DNA of 64,000 nt, taken from contig OZ320313.1 in the NCBI GenBank assembly GCA_976226885.1, forward strand, positions 71,796,001 through 71,860,000, given 5' to 3'. Each line of letters begins with the position of its first letter. Position 1 is the stretch's first letter. Positions 1 to 12,329 of the stretch are shown here, piece by piece. Origin of the DNA: Iphione sp. A-MEVVRFRX5 (lineage: Eukaryota). The position numbers and the translations under genes are program-made. The notes below the pieces were generated by a model. It did not search any database and was not told the DNA's origin. It worked only from the letters and a program-made list of their open reading frames with translations.

Positions 1-1153
1 AGCTGAAAAAACAACTTTACGACGGCTCAGACAGTGAATGACAGAAAATGGTGACTGACCGCAATTACAGTAGTAGTTTAGAATACCGAAAAACTTCTAA
101 AACAGAGAGGGTACAGGAGTGATGCTCGGCTCGAGTCAAGGAACACGTTCGATTCAAGGAAGGTTATGATGCAAGAGAAAATTACGCGCATGCTTTCAGA
201 GTTCAGCTGGTCAACTCCCTCATTCTGATCGTCCAGAACACGCTACATGCGGTGAGCACTGACCTACGGTTCAATTTTTCCTTGCACAGTGGAGGAATCT
301 CTGAGAATGGATCCAAAGGGATGCACGCCATATCTTCTTCACATGATACTGGTTTATATCGACACTAAATGAGAATGCGCAAGCCGATGCGACCATGTGA
401 TGTCGACGTTCTGCCTAGCTTCCTCGTGCTGCATAGTGTGAAGGGAGAGGGGAGGGGAGCAAAGGGTCGACGGGAGGTAAACATTGAGGTGATTGGGGGG
501 CGCTGCGCCAGGGGTGAGGAATGGGTCACCTGTCTGCCGGTAATCGCAATTCTCCAGCACTACGCTTCAGCCGTAGGCCTCGCCTCAAAGAAACCCGCAC
601 CGGCGCAGCGGTCTGGCTAGCGGAGAAGAAAGCAGCAAATAGCAACTTAAAAACAAAAGGCCTGCTTATCAGCGCTGTTTTGAGCCTCTGCTGTGGTCTA
701 TCGAAAGGTCACCTCTACTCGAAGTTTTATAATTATCGATCTTCTCTCCTGATCGGGCAGTTTATTTGTGCTGTTCTTTGAAAAACAAACCCCTGTCCCT
801 TTCCTTCTTCCATATGATTCCGTTTCGTCCATTCCTCCTGCTGTCTATCCTGCCATCTCATGCTGCACTTTCTTCATCTTTGGTGTCTGTTTCGCTACGA
901 AGTGTCACTCGCAACCATACAAAAGACAGCTGTCAGGCGTGAATAATGGGTCGTAATAAATCCGCCCAATATGCATCCAAGACAGGAATGCCTCGGATGT
1001 GCGCCACGTTTAGGGACCGCTGAGACAGAAGCGATATGTTCGCCACCTTTACTTCCTCGTACGTATTGATTGCCAACCTTAGGGAGACGCCCGAGGAAGA
1101 TCATTTAATCTGAGAAAGTACCGGTCAATAGGTTGGGAGCCTGTCAGTCCAAT

Positions 1154-1171
1154 GCTCCCACCTGGTGGCCA
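1154..1171 (-). promoter_or_regulatory. CTCF-like motif
   Basis: Minus strand reads TGGCCACCAGGTGGGAGC, one mismatch to the core CCWSYAGRKGGCR with the typical TGG lead-in. Motif match only. Confidence 0.45.
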
Positions 1172-4100
1172 TTGAGGGAACAAGATGAACACTGATGTTT
1201 TTACCACCCTTATTGACTTCAATAAAGGGAGTCGCATGAGAATTTCCTGCAGATTGCATGCAATTTTAACCGTCAGGCTTATTTAACGTCATCAGTGTTG
1301 ACCAATACATTTTCACTAAATCTACCGACAATGACAATTCAACAAGAGCTTCAAACAAAGTTCTTTGTACCTGCAATAATTAGAACAGGACAATATCCAT
1401 TTAAATTCATTTCGCTCAACGTCGTGTTTCAAATAAATCGAAACTGCTGGATGTAATATCAAGGTAATTTTTCAGGTTCGCTCGCACGTACCAAAGCTCG
1501 GCGGGTGAGCCCAAAGAAGCCTCATCTTAAAAGCTACAGGCTTACCGAGGTCCCAAGCCCCATCTCTTCTGATCTACCCCGGGGGTCCATCTCATTCACG
1601 TATCGTTCCGGCCAATCAATGGCCGCCAAGCTGATCTGGTGAGGGCCACCGGAAGCAGCCGTCGGCTTCCTGAATTGAGCGGCGCTAGGGCCGGGTGCGT
1701 TCGCTAACAGATCAATTGAATTCTGTTCTCTGCTCCTCAGCTTGTGCTCACTGTTAAGGGATCAAGAGCGATAGGAAACTATTTCCAACCTACCTCTCTA
1801 TAGGCAGGCATTATCAACTGCATATATTTCAGGTTCACACGATCAAGGCACTGATAGGCATGTAATCGCAGTGTGATACTACCACTGAACCAGAATGTTA
1901 ACCCTATCTAACTGCATCTAGAACTGGATATGTAAAGCACTAGCCTACTGTTTTTCCAGTAGAAGTAAGCGTTCAAAATAATCCCATTTCGTGAAAGGAA
2001 AAACTATGTTACGGACCCTGTGGTACGCAGAGCACATTTGTACAAAAGAGAGGGCATTTCGTTATTCACATACACATACTGCACTCAAAACAATGTAAAT
2101 GCATACCTGTATAACACAAACCATAGAAAAAAAGAAGAATCTGTACGACACAAATACACAAACAGACGTTCACTTGGGTGTTCCACAGTACTGGGGCATT
2201 GAACAAGACGACTACGTTTAATAGAACGTCGTAGAAGGCCGTGAAATCATGATTCACTTCAAGTATATATGTAAGAGTATACTAACGTGAAATCAATGGT
2301 CCTTCTTTTAAAAAAGAAGACATTTCGACCGTATGCTAATGCATCAGGTTCAAGCGATCAGTTGTCCGACGTCGACGACGTATAAATTCATAATATTGCT
2401 AATGTCTTGCTAACATGTTTTACTCTATTTTCCACGTCTCATTGTTTTAGCGGGAGGTCAATATGGCATGTTCCACTTTTATTTCGATGGCTCCATTCCA
2501 ATGGCGCCGTTCCCATTTGACAACCGCACTACCCCGCACTTCATTCTTAAGATGCGAGAACTATCAGGGAGCACTGATCTCGATTTCTGAGTCGGGCTTT
2601 CTCAGGGGCAGCCATTGTTGATCTAAGACAATAGTTGTCGGACAAGAACGATCAAGTGAGGGGGTGGCGGTTAGGTTAAGCTTCTCCAGATGCCTCCCTG
2701 AAGCCGTCACCTACCCTAGACCGACATGTCAAGAGAAGGTAGATTTCCCACGCTTCCAACACAAACTGACCGGTATTAATGACAGGAGAATAAACACAGG
2801 TCTACACCATGTAAACAAATGCGTCTAAAACACAGAGTGATGAACACGTCCTAAAACAACACAATGGGAAATATACGGACACTGAACAAACCCGACGGAT
2901 CTGCCCTTCCAATCATCACCGGGATCTCTTCAAGAGGTTCTTCCCACATGCTTCCTTGTGTTATCGTGCACAGGATATTAGTTAACGTTCACAGGGTATT
3001 GCCCACATTCACGTGTATGCGGTCAACATGGAAATTCAGTCAGGAAGTGGAGCTGTATTGGTGGAGATCGTGCATGCAGCCATGTGGGAGCTGTGTCTTT
3101 TCAACAAACAAGAACAAGGGGGATCTTGCTTTGTAGGCATCAACCAAGAAAGGAGGACCGACCTTTTATTATTCCCACATTTGCCAACACCCACTACTGT
3201 ATAATCTTTGCCGAGTGTCTCTAAATTAGTTTTTTTTAAAAAAAAGCTTGATCTTTCTTTTCACAACGCGCTCACGTCAGTTTCAATGCATTTTGTAATT
3301 CTTATTCCCTTCCTTTCTTCTAAAAGCAATGCTGTCTGTCTCATCTTATCTGTGTAGTTTTCTGTTTCTCTTTGAAACGTTCTGTCTCAGTCAGTCATCG
3401 GCCTCGAAATGATTTCTTCCGTATAGTCATTCATTTATAATATAATTATTTCTCCCGCCGATAAATACTAAGAAGCGTGTAGACTAATTGCTCCGGTGCC
3501 AAAGTGGAGAAACTTGCTTCAATTACGAGAAAGCCTGCCAATCTCTCCGTAACTACATCAATGAGACCTGGTACTTCCTTCCTCTCATCCATCTGTCATT
3601 AAACATTCTCATTTTGACGCTCAGTCCATTTGAAAGGGAATTTAAATTCTCTCCCCTTTATGACAGCAAGACCAATGTATTACAATTTCAAGTGTGGCCA
3701 TCAAACGTGGTACGCGTTAAAGGCGCCCATCAAAACTATGCCACACTTTGAGAGCATTCATCAATTATAGACGACCCAAAAAAATGAAGTCTGGTGGTGC
3801 TGTGAATTAAAACTAGGCTATAATACACGCGCTTTCTATTCCGTGTATTCAACGGAGGAGGGAACAACACTCTGGCCACTAGTAAACGTTTGTTTCACTG
3901 ACAACTCTGATACCTTCCAGCTTGATGTGTTTGCTCCAAGGGCCCGGGGCAACACGTATGTGAGATCGCTTTTCTTAATGGTTGTAGACGTCCGGGATTA
4001 TCTGCAATAATATTTATGTGGCTTAAGCACCTGTACAATAGGTATTAAGTCTCCGTAAACGTAGTTTGGAATCGTTTTTCTATTACGCTGGCCCACTTAA

Positions 4101-5505
4101 AAACCGTCTTTCGGGTCAATTATTGTCGCGTACAGGCAATTACCCCGAAGACAACTTAACAGGGAAGTGCTGGCTTTACCCCATGTTCTCCGGGGGTCGA
4201 CTAGTAATCTAGTGTATCTCGTGGTATATGCAACATCGAGAAAGTGTTCCTTAATGATGAATGAATGCGGAGAGGACTAAATAGGACCGAGACTATGCGG
4301 CGGGAGTGTCTTGGGCACTCTATCTCTAGAACCTTTGACGGATTAGGCAAGAGCTTACTGTGAAGAAGCAATAAATGCAGTCTGGGGGTTGCCACCACCA
4401 AGGGAAATCCCATGTCAGTCGATGAGACAGAACAGTCCTCACTGTGGTCAAACGGCGGCACTATCTCACATATATGTAGTACTGAAGCCCCAACTAGAGA
4501 AACGAACATCACGGGATAAAATACTTGTTAGGCAAAAGCCAGTAAGCCAGGAGCATTGTAACCAACACTATACATAAGGAAAAAATATGTGCATGGAAAA
4601 TTACTTCGCGGGCGCCTACAGCAGACATAGGAAAACACACGTTGAAGGTGTCGTTTGATATTTTATGTAAAGTGGGGATGTGAAGGCGCCGGGGAGTAAA
4701 ACAAACGGCGAAGGATGGATAATTTGCAGCGGGAAATAAAAATCGCAAACAAGGTGGACAAGGCGGCAAGAAGGACATGTGGTCCCGTACCGCATCACCG
4801 AGCCAGCCGTCCCAGTTCATGAATAGACGATGAGTTCTTCAATTAAAATTGCAAATTACCAGCATCCCCCTCCTCAGTCCCTCTTCCTTCCCCAATCCCG
4901 TATAAGGACGCATCTGCCGGTCCCCTTCAACACCTTCAGACGCCCACACTCCCGCTCAATCAGTGTTATTTCTTCTTCACTGCCATCATCAGGGCACAGG
5001 ATCCCCGCCTGAGGCCGTTTTCTATATATACGTAGAAACATACCCAATGTAGCAGCCAACATAGGAATTTTCGGGTGCGTGCGTCAGTGGTGTTTCCATG
5101 TGCACATACGTTACATCTACTTCTGAGTATATATTATCAAGTGTAGTATCTAAAAATTATTTCCAGCCAAAATTTCACATAATATTACAAGAATCTCGAC
5201 GTCTGCATTGACATAGCCCCGGTTTCCATGTCTCTGGATTTTTTCCCCTGCACCACGGACTGCGTGGTGCGGACATAAACAATGACTATTAGTAAGGTTG
5301 TTTCCATGTCTCCGGATTTTTTTCTTGCACCATGGACTGCGTGGTTCAGGGCCAAAAATCCGGAGACAGAAACTGGACCATGTTCATTTTTTCCCCAGTC
5401 CAGGCATGCCCATGGACAGTAGTATAGAAAGATGCACGTTTTAACATAGACAGACACTGTCTAACATACGATAGATGTTGTGAATTATTTTGTAATTTAT
5501 ATTTT

Positions 5506-5743
5506 AAAAAACTCACCATTTACACAGACTTGGGTAGCACAAAAAACTCAACATTTTCACAGATTTGGGCATAATTCCTTCCAATGAGCGCAAAAAAATG
5601 TCACTTACACAGATTTAGGCAGAATTCCTTCCGATCAACACAAAAAAACTTGCCATTTACACAGATTCAGGCATAATTTCTTCTGATCAGTGCAAAAACT
5701 CAATATTTACACAGATTTGGGTAGAACTCCTTCTGCTCAGCAC
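5506..5743 (+). repeat. ~51 bp minisatellite, about 4.5 diverged copies
   Basis: Recurring unit approximately aaaaaactcaacatttacacagatttgggcataattccttcygatcagcac, head-to-tail with no unique spacers. Confidence 0.9.
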
Positions 5744-5778
<35 letters not shown>

Positions 5779-5800
5779 GAAACAGACAGAGAGACACAGA
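5744..5800 (+). repeat. (GA)n/(GACA)n compound microsatellite
   Basis: agagagagagagacagacagacagacagagaaacagacagagagacacaga. Confidence 0.95.
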
Positions 5801-6379
5801 TATATGAATACATGTATATATCTATTGGTGTTTGGCTACGTGGTAGGTTTGTATGTAAAAATTACATCGGTGTGGTTTTTTCCTAAAAACCAGATACATG
5901 GAAACCGGGTCTCCGTGCTTGTCTGGAAAATGGGCTGTTTTCTGGATTTGACACGCAGTACAAAAAAAAAAAAACATACACAAGGAAATTGGCCATACGC
6001 TACTACGGATGTAGAAAAACAATACACTAATGTGCATGGAAACGGGCTTAAAATGCATGTAGAAACATGCTCATACTGCAAACGCAGAGATTTTTGGGTG
6101 TGTATGTGTATGGTGATTCCTTATACATGCATACGCTATGTCTACGTTTGAGTTTTTATTACTGATCTGAATAAATTTACAATCTAAGTTTTACATAATA
6201 CATGTACATGTGTGTGTGAATACGGATGGTTATGTCGGTGTACATTACATCAGACAAAGAAAAACTGGCCATAGACAGGTTTGCTCTATGTTGACGTAGA
6301 TGCAGACGTTGTGTTTCAATAGGAAACGGGCGAATATTTACATGTCTGATCTCAGACGTTATGGTCCAATCGCCCTCTC

Positions 6380-6401
6380 TGTATGTATGTATATATGTAT
6401 G

Positions 6402-6435
<34 letters not shown>

Positions 6436-6480
6436 TGTATGTATGTATGTGTGTATGTATGTATTATATATGTATGTATG
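6380..6480 (+). repeat. (ATGT)n tetranucleotide microsatellite
   Basis: Long imperfect tatgtatgtatg run; it generates the spurious HTYI and YVC ORFs. Confidence 0.95.
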
Positions 6481-6547
6481 CAGGTATGTAGCATAACTAT
6501 GCCAATTGTGGAGGTTTTTGCCGTTTTGTAAATAAATATCTTGAAAC

Positions 6548-6577
6548 TGAGCCATAACTTTAGAAAATGTGCAGTTT
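6548..6577 (-). repeat. Dispersed copy of the 51 bp repeat unit seen at 32749-32850
   Basis: Reverse complement aaactgcacattttctaaagttatggctca versus 32800-32829 aaaatgcgcaatttctacagttatggctca: 26/30 identical. Confidence 0.7.
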
Positions 6578-8848
6578 TATTTTAAAGCAAACTGCATGAA
6601 ACTCAGTCAAAACTATGTAAACTGTGCGGTTTTTATGCACAAAATCTGTAAACTGAGCTGATTCTTTATATATCTCTTAAGTGCCTGTGTGTGCGTGCAG
6701 TTCATGGATACTACTTGTTTCGGAGAGCAGAAACTGCATGCATGGATAATACACATGTATGCACTAGCATCATGTTCCTGTCTATTCACATATTACAGTT
6801 AATTCCCCGTACACTTGGAAACACAGCCTGAAGAATACAAAAAATGTGTTTCAAAACCATTCTCTGTTAGAAAACTGTATTTTTATTTGTATTCTAGGTG
6901 CTTTGTGTGGACATTTTCACCACTGAGAAATCTACTGGGTCAGGTTCACAACAGATGCCCGAAGAAACAAACTGTGTATCTAGTATCTTATCCTGAATAA
7001 TAGAAAGTGTTCGATTACACGTACGTACTAGGCTGGAGTAAAATTATACCCGGTGTAAAAATGGATGTTACTCATAGGAAATTGCTGAAATTAGGGGAAA
7101 TTGCTTTCGCTTTTTTCCGTTTTCTGGAATTAAGCAATCACCAGGCCCATTACAACTCTCTTTTGGCGGCTGTAAGCACCATTATATGGAAAGGTTAACG
7201 CACTGATATGACTTTATGTTTAACCAGATGCAATTATTTCTGCCATATTTTTCTACGGAGAAATGTTGCCGTACGCTCATTCCTGTATGGTATCTATGGG
7301 ACAGTGGCTACGGTCATCCACTGCTCCCCTCAGGGGAACGATCTGGTACATGCTGTAAAAGCTACCCCCGGCTTGCCTCGCCTCGTCTCTCACGTCCACG
7401 TGTGTCGTGCGTGTGACCTGGCCATCAAGTGGGCTCGGTGGAAAGCGATACCTACCCACTGTCTTCCTCCATCCAACAGCCGAACATTTCCGACTTCCTC
7501 CCGTCGTTTTGCATGTCGCCGGCGTCTCCAATTGCTGCCCTGGTAAACCTGCCTCTCTTGAGAGTATATATCCTCCCGAAACTTGGGATCCTGTCCGTCT
7601 CTTATGGCCTCCAGGCGATATCAGAGTTTCAGTCAACTTCAAACGAACTGTTCCTCTTTTCGACTCAGTGACACAGATCTAATGACAAGAAACACATATA
7701 AAGATTCGTCTCTAAAAAGCAGGAAAAAGTCTTGTCGCCTCTGTCATGGTTATAGGAAGCTAGGACTGGTAAATCGTGCCTGAAGCAAGCAAGTGATCAG
7801 GTGAGAGCGCCAGCGGGGGTTGCCAGGAGCCGGCCTACCTGTGCGATTGTTCTGTGTGGCACTCCATGGCGCGGACGTGGCTGAAGCAGAACTCCGGACA
7901 AGGGGGGAGGGGGGGGGGCTCACACAGGAGAAGAGGAAGAGGAGGGTGGTCTGGCATGCACACTGGGGATGGAAAACCGTCATCTGACCAGGGGTAGGTG
8001 TGTATTGGTATCAGAGCTGCTTTAATACTCCGGAGGGAGGTCGGATCACCGGCTCGGCTCTACCTGTGGATTGGTAAGTCCACCTCCACGTGCACGTGGG
8101 TGAAAGACTGGCCTGTCTAGCTACTTGCTTAGCTAGCCAAGTGAGCAGTTGGTAAGCGAGAACGACGCTAAGCCAGTCAGTCGGGACGGTGCCTATCAGC
8201 AACGGCCGCCATCCAGGGTCAGTCTGCGGTACAACATGAGCAGCGATTATTTAAGCCTCTGCGTTTTACATGCGCCCCGAAACACACGCCGGCCCCCTAC
8301 AAAGGGCGCCAGGTCCAGAACAACAAAGCCACGGCTCAGTGTGATTTGCTCAAAGAGGATTAAGGCCAATATAGTACTGGAGCTGGCAGGCCTAAAGCGT
8401 ATCATATTCTAATCCGGTCACCGGCAAACCTGAAAATGTACGGGCAGCCCGGTATCAAGTGGAAACGTGTTCATATTAAGAAAAACCATGTCGTCCATGA
8501 GGTCTAATATAACATGAGTAGGGCCAAAACGCCGCCAGAGCACTCATAAGAACTCTCTTAAACCCTTCCTGTACATATAATGCAAATAGTACTAAACTAC
8601 CAGGTGAGATATGGGGCCATAATATAATGCGAAGTAACTGAACATCCGCTGGCGGACAAATTATGTTGGAAGTGGGCAGAATAGAACGGTACTAAATCCC
8701 AAATGGGTCTGTGAGAGACCACCTAGGGGAATCGGCATACGCGGCATAACAGGCGAGTAATATCTATATATTCCAGTCCATTTGCAAATTACTCGGAGAG
8801 CATTTAATGACACTGGTTCTTGTTTCAAAAAGGAGGAAATGTATTGGT

Positions 8849-9127
8849 GAGAACACCTGGCTAAAGTGAGGAAAGAAAGCATACGCCATGTGCTAAAGAA
8901 AGTGCATGCGGTATGTAAATAAAGGTAAATATACAAATATTAGAGGACCGCATACAGTACCAGTGTTTTTCAACGATTTTATATAACTAAATATAGGTAA
9001 GGGGAAAGAATTTCACCCGAAGACGCTATGTGGGACATTTGACAGCCTGTGTAAGGCGGTAGTGCAAGAAATGAGACTATACATGGACAAGGACATGCAG
9101 CACAGTTTGACATTTCAGGAAAACTAG
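8849..9127 (+). pseudogene. Possible decayed Crypton/DUF3504 (tyrosine-recombinase-associated) fragment
   Basis: A single frame with internal stops reads ENTWLK*GKKAYAMC*...VFFNDFI*LNIGKGKEFHPKTLCGTFDSLCKAV. It recalls the remembered Crypton/ZMYM pattern ENT..kt.yA...F...r..dG.EY.P.TL, with similar spacing (~51 codons). Judged by eye. Confidence 0.3.
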
Positions 9128-11509
9128 TTTCCTCTCTGGTTACCGTTTGGAGAAGCCACGTTATGGCATCGTTTCAAGTTGCCTCTCCTATATGGATCAT
9201 CTTCACAGATAGGGTATGAAATTGTTTTTGATGGACACGGGAAACAGCGAAGGCAGCAGCAGCACCAGTGGACCACAACCGTCTCGTCCATCCGCCAGAC
9301 GACTCGACTTTGAGCCAGCGCCGGGGACTTTCACTGACCTTCACAACTTGAGGGCAAGCGCCAAGAATCAAAGCGTCCATTGTAAGCGATCTCCCTTCGA
9401 GAAGAAACTCGGCGGAGACCGGTGCATCTCTTATTGTTGATGACACGCAGTGTTGTGCAGCACTAATCCACCTCCTGTGATGATACGAAGTTGTTTTTTT
9501 TTTCGCGTATCGGTCTTCGACACATCAGGACCAACTACCTCGTTAGAAACGAGATACTATAAACGAATCCTCAGAAGTCTAAATATATACAATATACAGT
9601 AATAATTACCCGTAAGAGCGAATTTAGCATACATATCTCGCACCGGGTTTCGAATTTCTCAACGGTTCGTTGTGCGTGTCCACAACGTACAATTACCGAA
9701 TATTTCTTTGGCGGGCTGCTGGGTGCGTGCCCTCACTCAATAATGAAATACGAGTGATTGCTTGATGGCAGTTTAACTCAGCTTGGGAGAGTCTTAATAT
9801 TGTATCGTTCGGTTCAATCATCATGTTTTCCGTCGCCCTAAAAGCTGAGGCGTCTATCGAAGCGGAAAAAACTGACGCTGAATGACTTGAGGGTGCAAAA
9901 TTGATTGCAGCCGAGGACAAAATACAACCAAGTCGGGCTTGCGAACTAATAGGCTTAGCCCATGTAGCAGTGATGACTCAGGCCGGTTAAAATATATTAC
10001 ATCTGTAATCCTCAGTAAATCAACTGATTTTCAGAGCGGAAATCATATTCAATAATACCAAATTCAGTTACATCTGAAGTATTCATTACAGAAACATTTT
10101 CATTAAGAGTATTCCGAGTGAGTGCACTCAGAGCATTCTGTCTGCTTCCGGATTGTAAGAGCTGTAGATAGGAAATCAATTGATCTTCAATGAATTGCTG
10201 CTACCTGCCTGCCATACCAAAAGAAAGTAAACGGTTGTTTCACCTGATTTTTTTGCTTACAGCTGCGGGACAGTCACTTTATTCTCCCTCAATCTTCAAG
10301 ACAAGAGCAGAAAACAAAGCTGGTTTTGAAGCTATACGTATAATTGGTAATCCCACAGTCTTAGAGAAAAAGTTCCAGTGATGCTTTTTTCAGCAGTTAA
10401 CATGGCGGGATGGAAAATGTGTCCTGGAGTGGAAAGCTTGGTTCTGTTTACGTCGTCTGTGGACCATGGCTACAGACTAATGAATCTAGGGGTATAATGC
10501 TGTTCGTGGAGTCGTTCGAGATATACACTGTAAAGAGACCATACCCAGGCAGGACTGGTCACTCAGGCAGGAATGGCGCTGTGTGGAACGACTGCAGTGC
10601 TAAACTCCCAGAGGTCGCCACCGTCACCATAATGGAGGCCTGCAGCCCGGGGTAAGACTCGTAGTCGACCATCGAGACCGGCGTGACTCGTCCAGTCAGC
10701 AATTTATTACGGCCAATGGCGCCTGTTTATCTATTCTCTCTTAATCTTTCCCATTAAGAGGCCAGTCTCATAGGCCGTTTAGTAGAGGAACAACGCAAAA
10801 TAATAAAATATACTTGTTGGTTGAGCGTTTGCTGAACTGGGCGTAAATCAGTGGGCTGAGGCCTTGGATCCATTGCACCGATTTATCCTTCCCTTCGCCA
10901 TGTACATTTATATACACGCAACTATCCTATATTCATAAAGTGTAAGATATATGCAGGATGGCCTCACTTCTCCCTCTTGTACTGTTATCTTACAGTACGC
11001 CTGATCATTTGGTGTCCCTGGATCGGCTTTAGGCAAAAATAATATTTTGGATATGGTATTCCATTTGAGAAATGAATGATGTCTGTTCGCCTCGTAAGAA
11101 ATTCTTTGCTTCCGTCCTCCCTAGAGGAGGGTGCCGGGAATCATGGAGGTCTCACATGAGAATCATCTGCATTGAACAAAAAAAAGTACAGAATCCAGGG
11201 CGACAGCCGAACTGCATATCTATAAACATGTACGTGTGCAGATACGAATATAAATGAGCTGCTTATGCATAATATCATGAGACCAAATGCACGATTGATC
11301 ACAGTATAAGTGTAGCTCTCTATACTTCATGGTGACTGTCCGGGAACTGCCGTAATGTAATGAGTCAAGCTGCCGTGAACCACCTGTCTGATCATTCCCA
11401 TGTGTATTATGGGCAACTAATGCCACTTATAGTGATAACTATAGAGGAGCCCAACCCCCATCCCTGCCTCCCACACCAAAACAACACCTACGTCCTACAC
11501 AATACCATG

Positions 11510-11522
11510 CCTCCAGGTGGCA
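11510..11522 (+). promoter_or_regulatory. CTCF-like motif
   Basis: CCTCCAGGTGGCA is a perfect match to CCWSYAGRKGGCR. Confidence 0.45.
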
Positions 11523-11602
11523 AGACTACTAAAGGGTCTCTGTTTCCCTTTACACACCCACTGCGTATGTTTTGTACAATGTCGGCAATGGGACATATAT
11601 AT

Positions 11603-11790
11603 TTCAATTCAATTCAATTCAAATCGTTTTTATTGAGCATAATAGAACCATCTGAAGAACAGGTGTCTTACACTTTACACTCAGCCATATTTAATCACAA
11701 GTTATTCGGCGACTACCAAGTCAATCTGTTCACCTATTCCGTTATACACGAACATTACATCTGCATCAGGGCAGAGTGAACTGCCCTGAT
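11603..11790 (-). mobile_element. 3' end remnant of a LINE or LINE-dependent SINE
   Basis: Minus strand has AATAAA (11628-11633) followed by a (TTGAA)4 tail (11603-11622). A perfect 10 bp stem-loop atcagggcag-N6-ctgccctgat lies upstream at 11765-11790. Short-repeat tails are typical of CR1/L2-group elements. Confidence 0.5.
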
Positions 11791-12008
11791 TTCTACGATA
11801 ATGCAGGCTATGTCAATTAGAAATATGGAGATGCAAGATGGGACATGGTGCTGGCGATCGGACATACAGGTACACCCTGTTTCCTTGTGTCCACATGGTA
11901 CATATATATCTGCATCTATAGTGTGCATTCATAAGGAAAAAAACATACACAAATTCTATGCCCTGCCCCCCCCCCCATGGCATACATACCGTGGTAATAT
12001 TGTGCATC

Positions 12009-12320
12009 TAAGGCGGTGTTCACATGTACGCGGATTTTTCCATTCCGCGTCTGCAGGTGCGGATTTTCTCCCAGCCCTCCTTTACCATTGTAGTCATTCA
12101 CATATGTGTGGATTTTTCCATGTCCGCATGTTGGTGGAGATGTCAAACCATTGTGGACGGGTTTGCTCTGCATCCGGATGTGGATCCCATAAGAGCCCAT
12201 AGTATAATACATCTAGTGAACATATGTAGACAATTTAGATTAGGAAACAGCAGGGAGTACCTCCACGTCCATACATGGGGCCAGATTTTTTTTATCTGTG
12301 TACATGTGAAAAGTGCCTTA
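12009..12320. mobile_element. PIF/Harbinger-like (Tourist-type) MITE
   Basis: Left taaggcggtgttcacatgtacgcgga versus the right-end reverse complement taaggcacttttcacatgtacacaga: 21/26. TAA and TTA flanks, ~310 bp, non-coding. Confidence 0.75.
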
Positions 12321-12329
12321 GGACGTGTA

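Larger units (their letters stand above)
5216..5911. mobile_element. TIR-bounded non-autonomous element (MITE) carrying an internal minisatellite and microsatellite
   Basis: Left 5216-5242 gccccggtttccatgtctctggatttt versus the reverse complement of 5885-5911 gacccggtttccatgtatctggttttt: 24/27 identical. Preceded by TA. No coding capacity. Confidence 0.7.
5092..6335. mobile_element. Cluster of nested PIF/Harbinger-like MITE sequences sharing a GTTTCCATG terminal motif
   Basis: GTTTCCATG forward at 5092, 5222 and ~5302. Reverse copies at ~5364 (degenerate), 5897 and 6035; the last is followed by GGGCTTA. A further GGAAACGGGC lies at ~6323. There is also a ~50 bp direct duplication (5222-5270 vs ~5302-5349). 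Confidence 0.6.

Noticed and set aside
1546-1669. Open 124 nt minus-strand segment ending at CG|GTAAGC
   Set aside because: Acceptor tract is weak and the peptide unrecognised; more likely regulatory GC-rich DNA.
4919-4931. GGTCCCCTTCAAC, matching 13 nt of mature miR-133
   Set aside because: The match stops there, and there is no complementary 5p arm or hairpin upstream.
5506-5743. CRISPR-like appearance of the 51 bp array
   Set aside because: Units are head-to-tail and diverge along their whole length with no unique spacers; eukaryotic context and no cas genes.
5690-6555. ORFs across the microsatellites and MITEs (also 54603-55226 and ORFs spanning N gaps)
   Set aside because: Translation artefacts of simple repeats, tandem repeats or gaps.
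8006-8017. TGGTATCAGAGC primer-binding-site word
   Set aside because: This is the complement of plant initiator tRNA-Met (the animal version differs). It is not preceded by an LTR-ending CA and no gag/pol follows.
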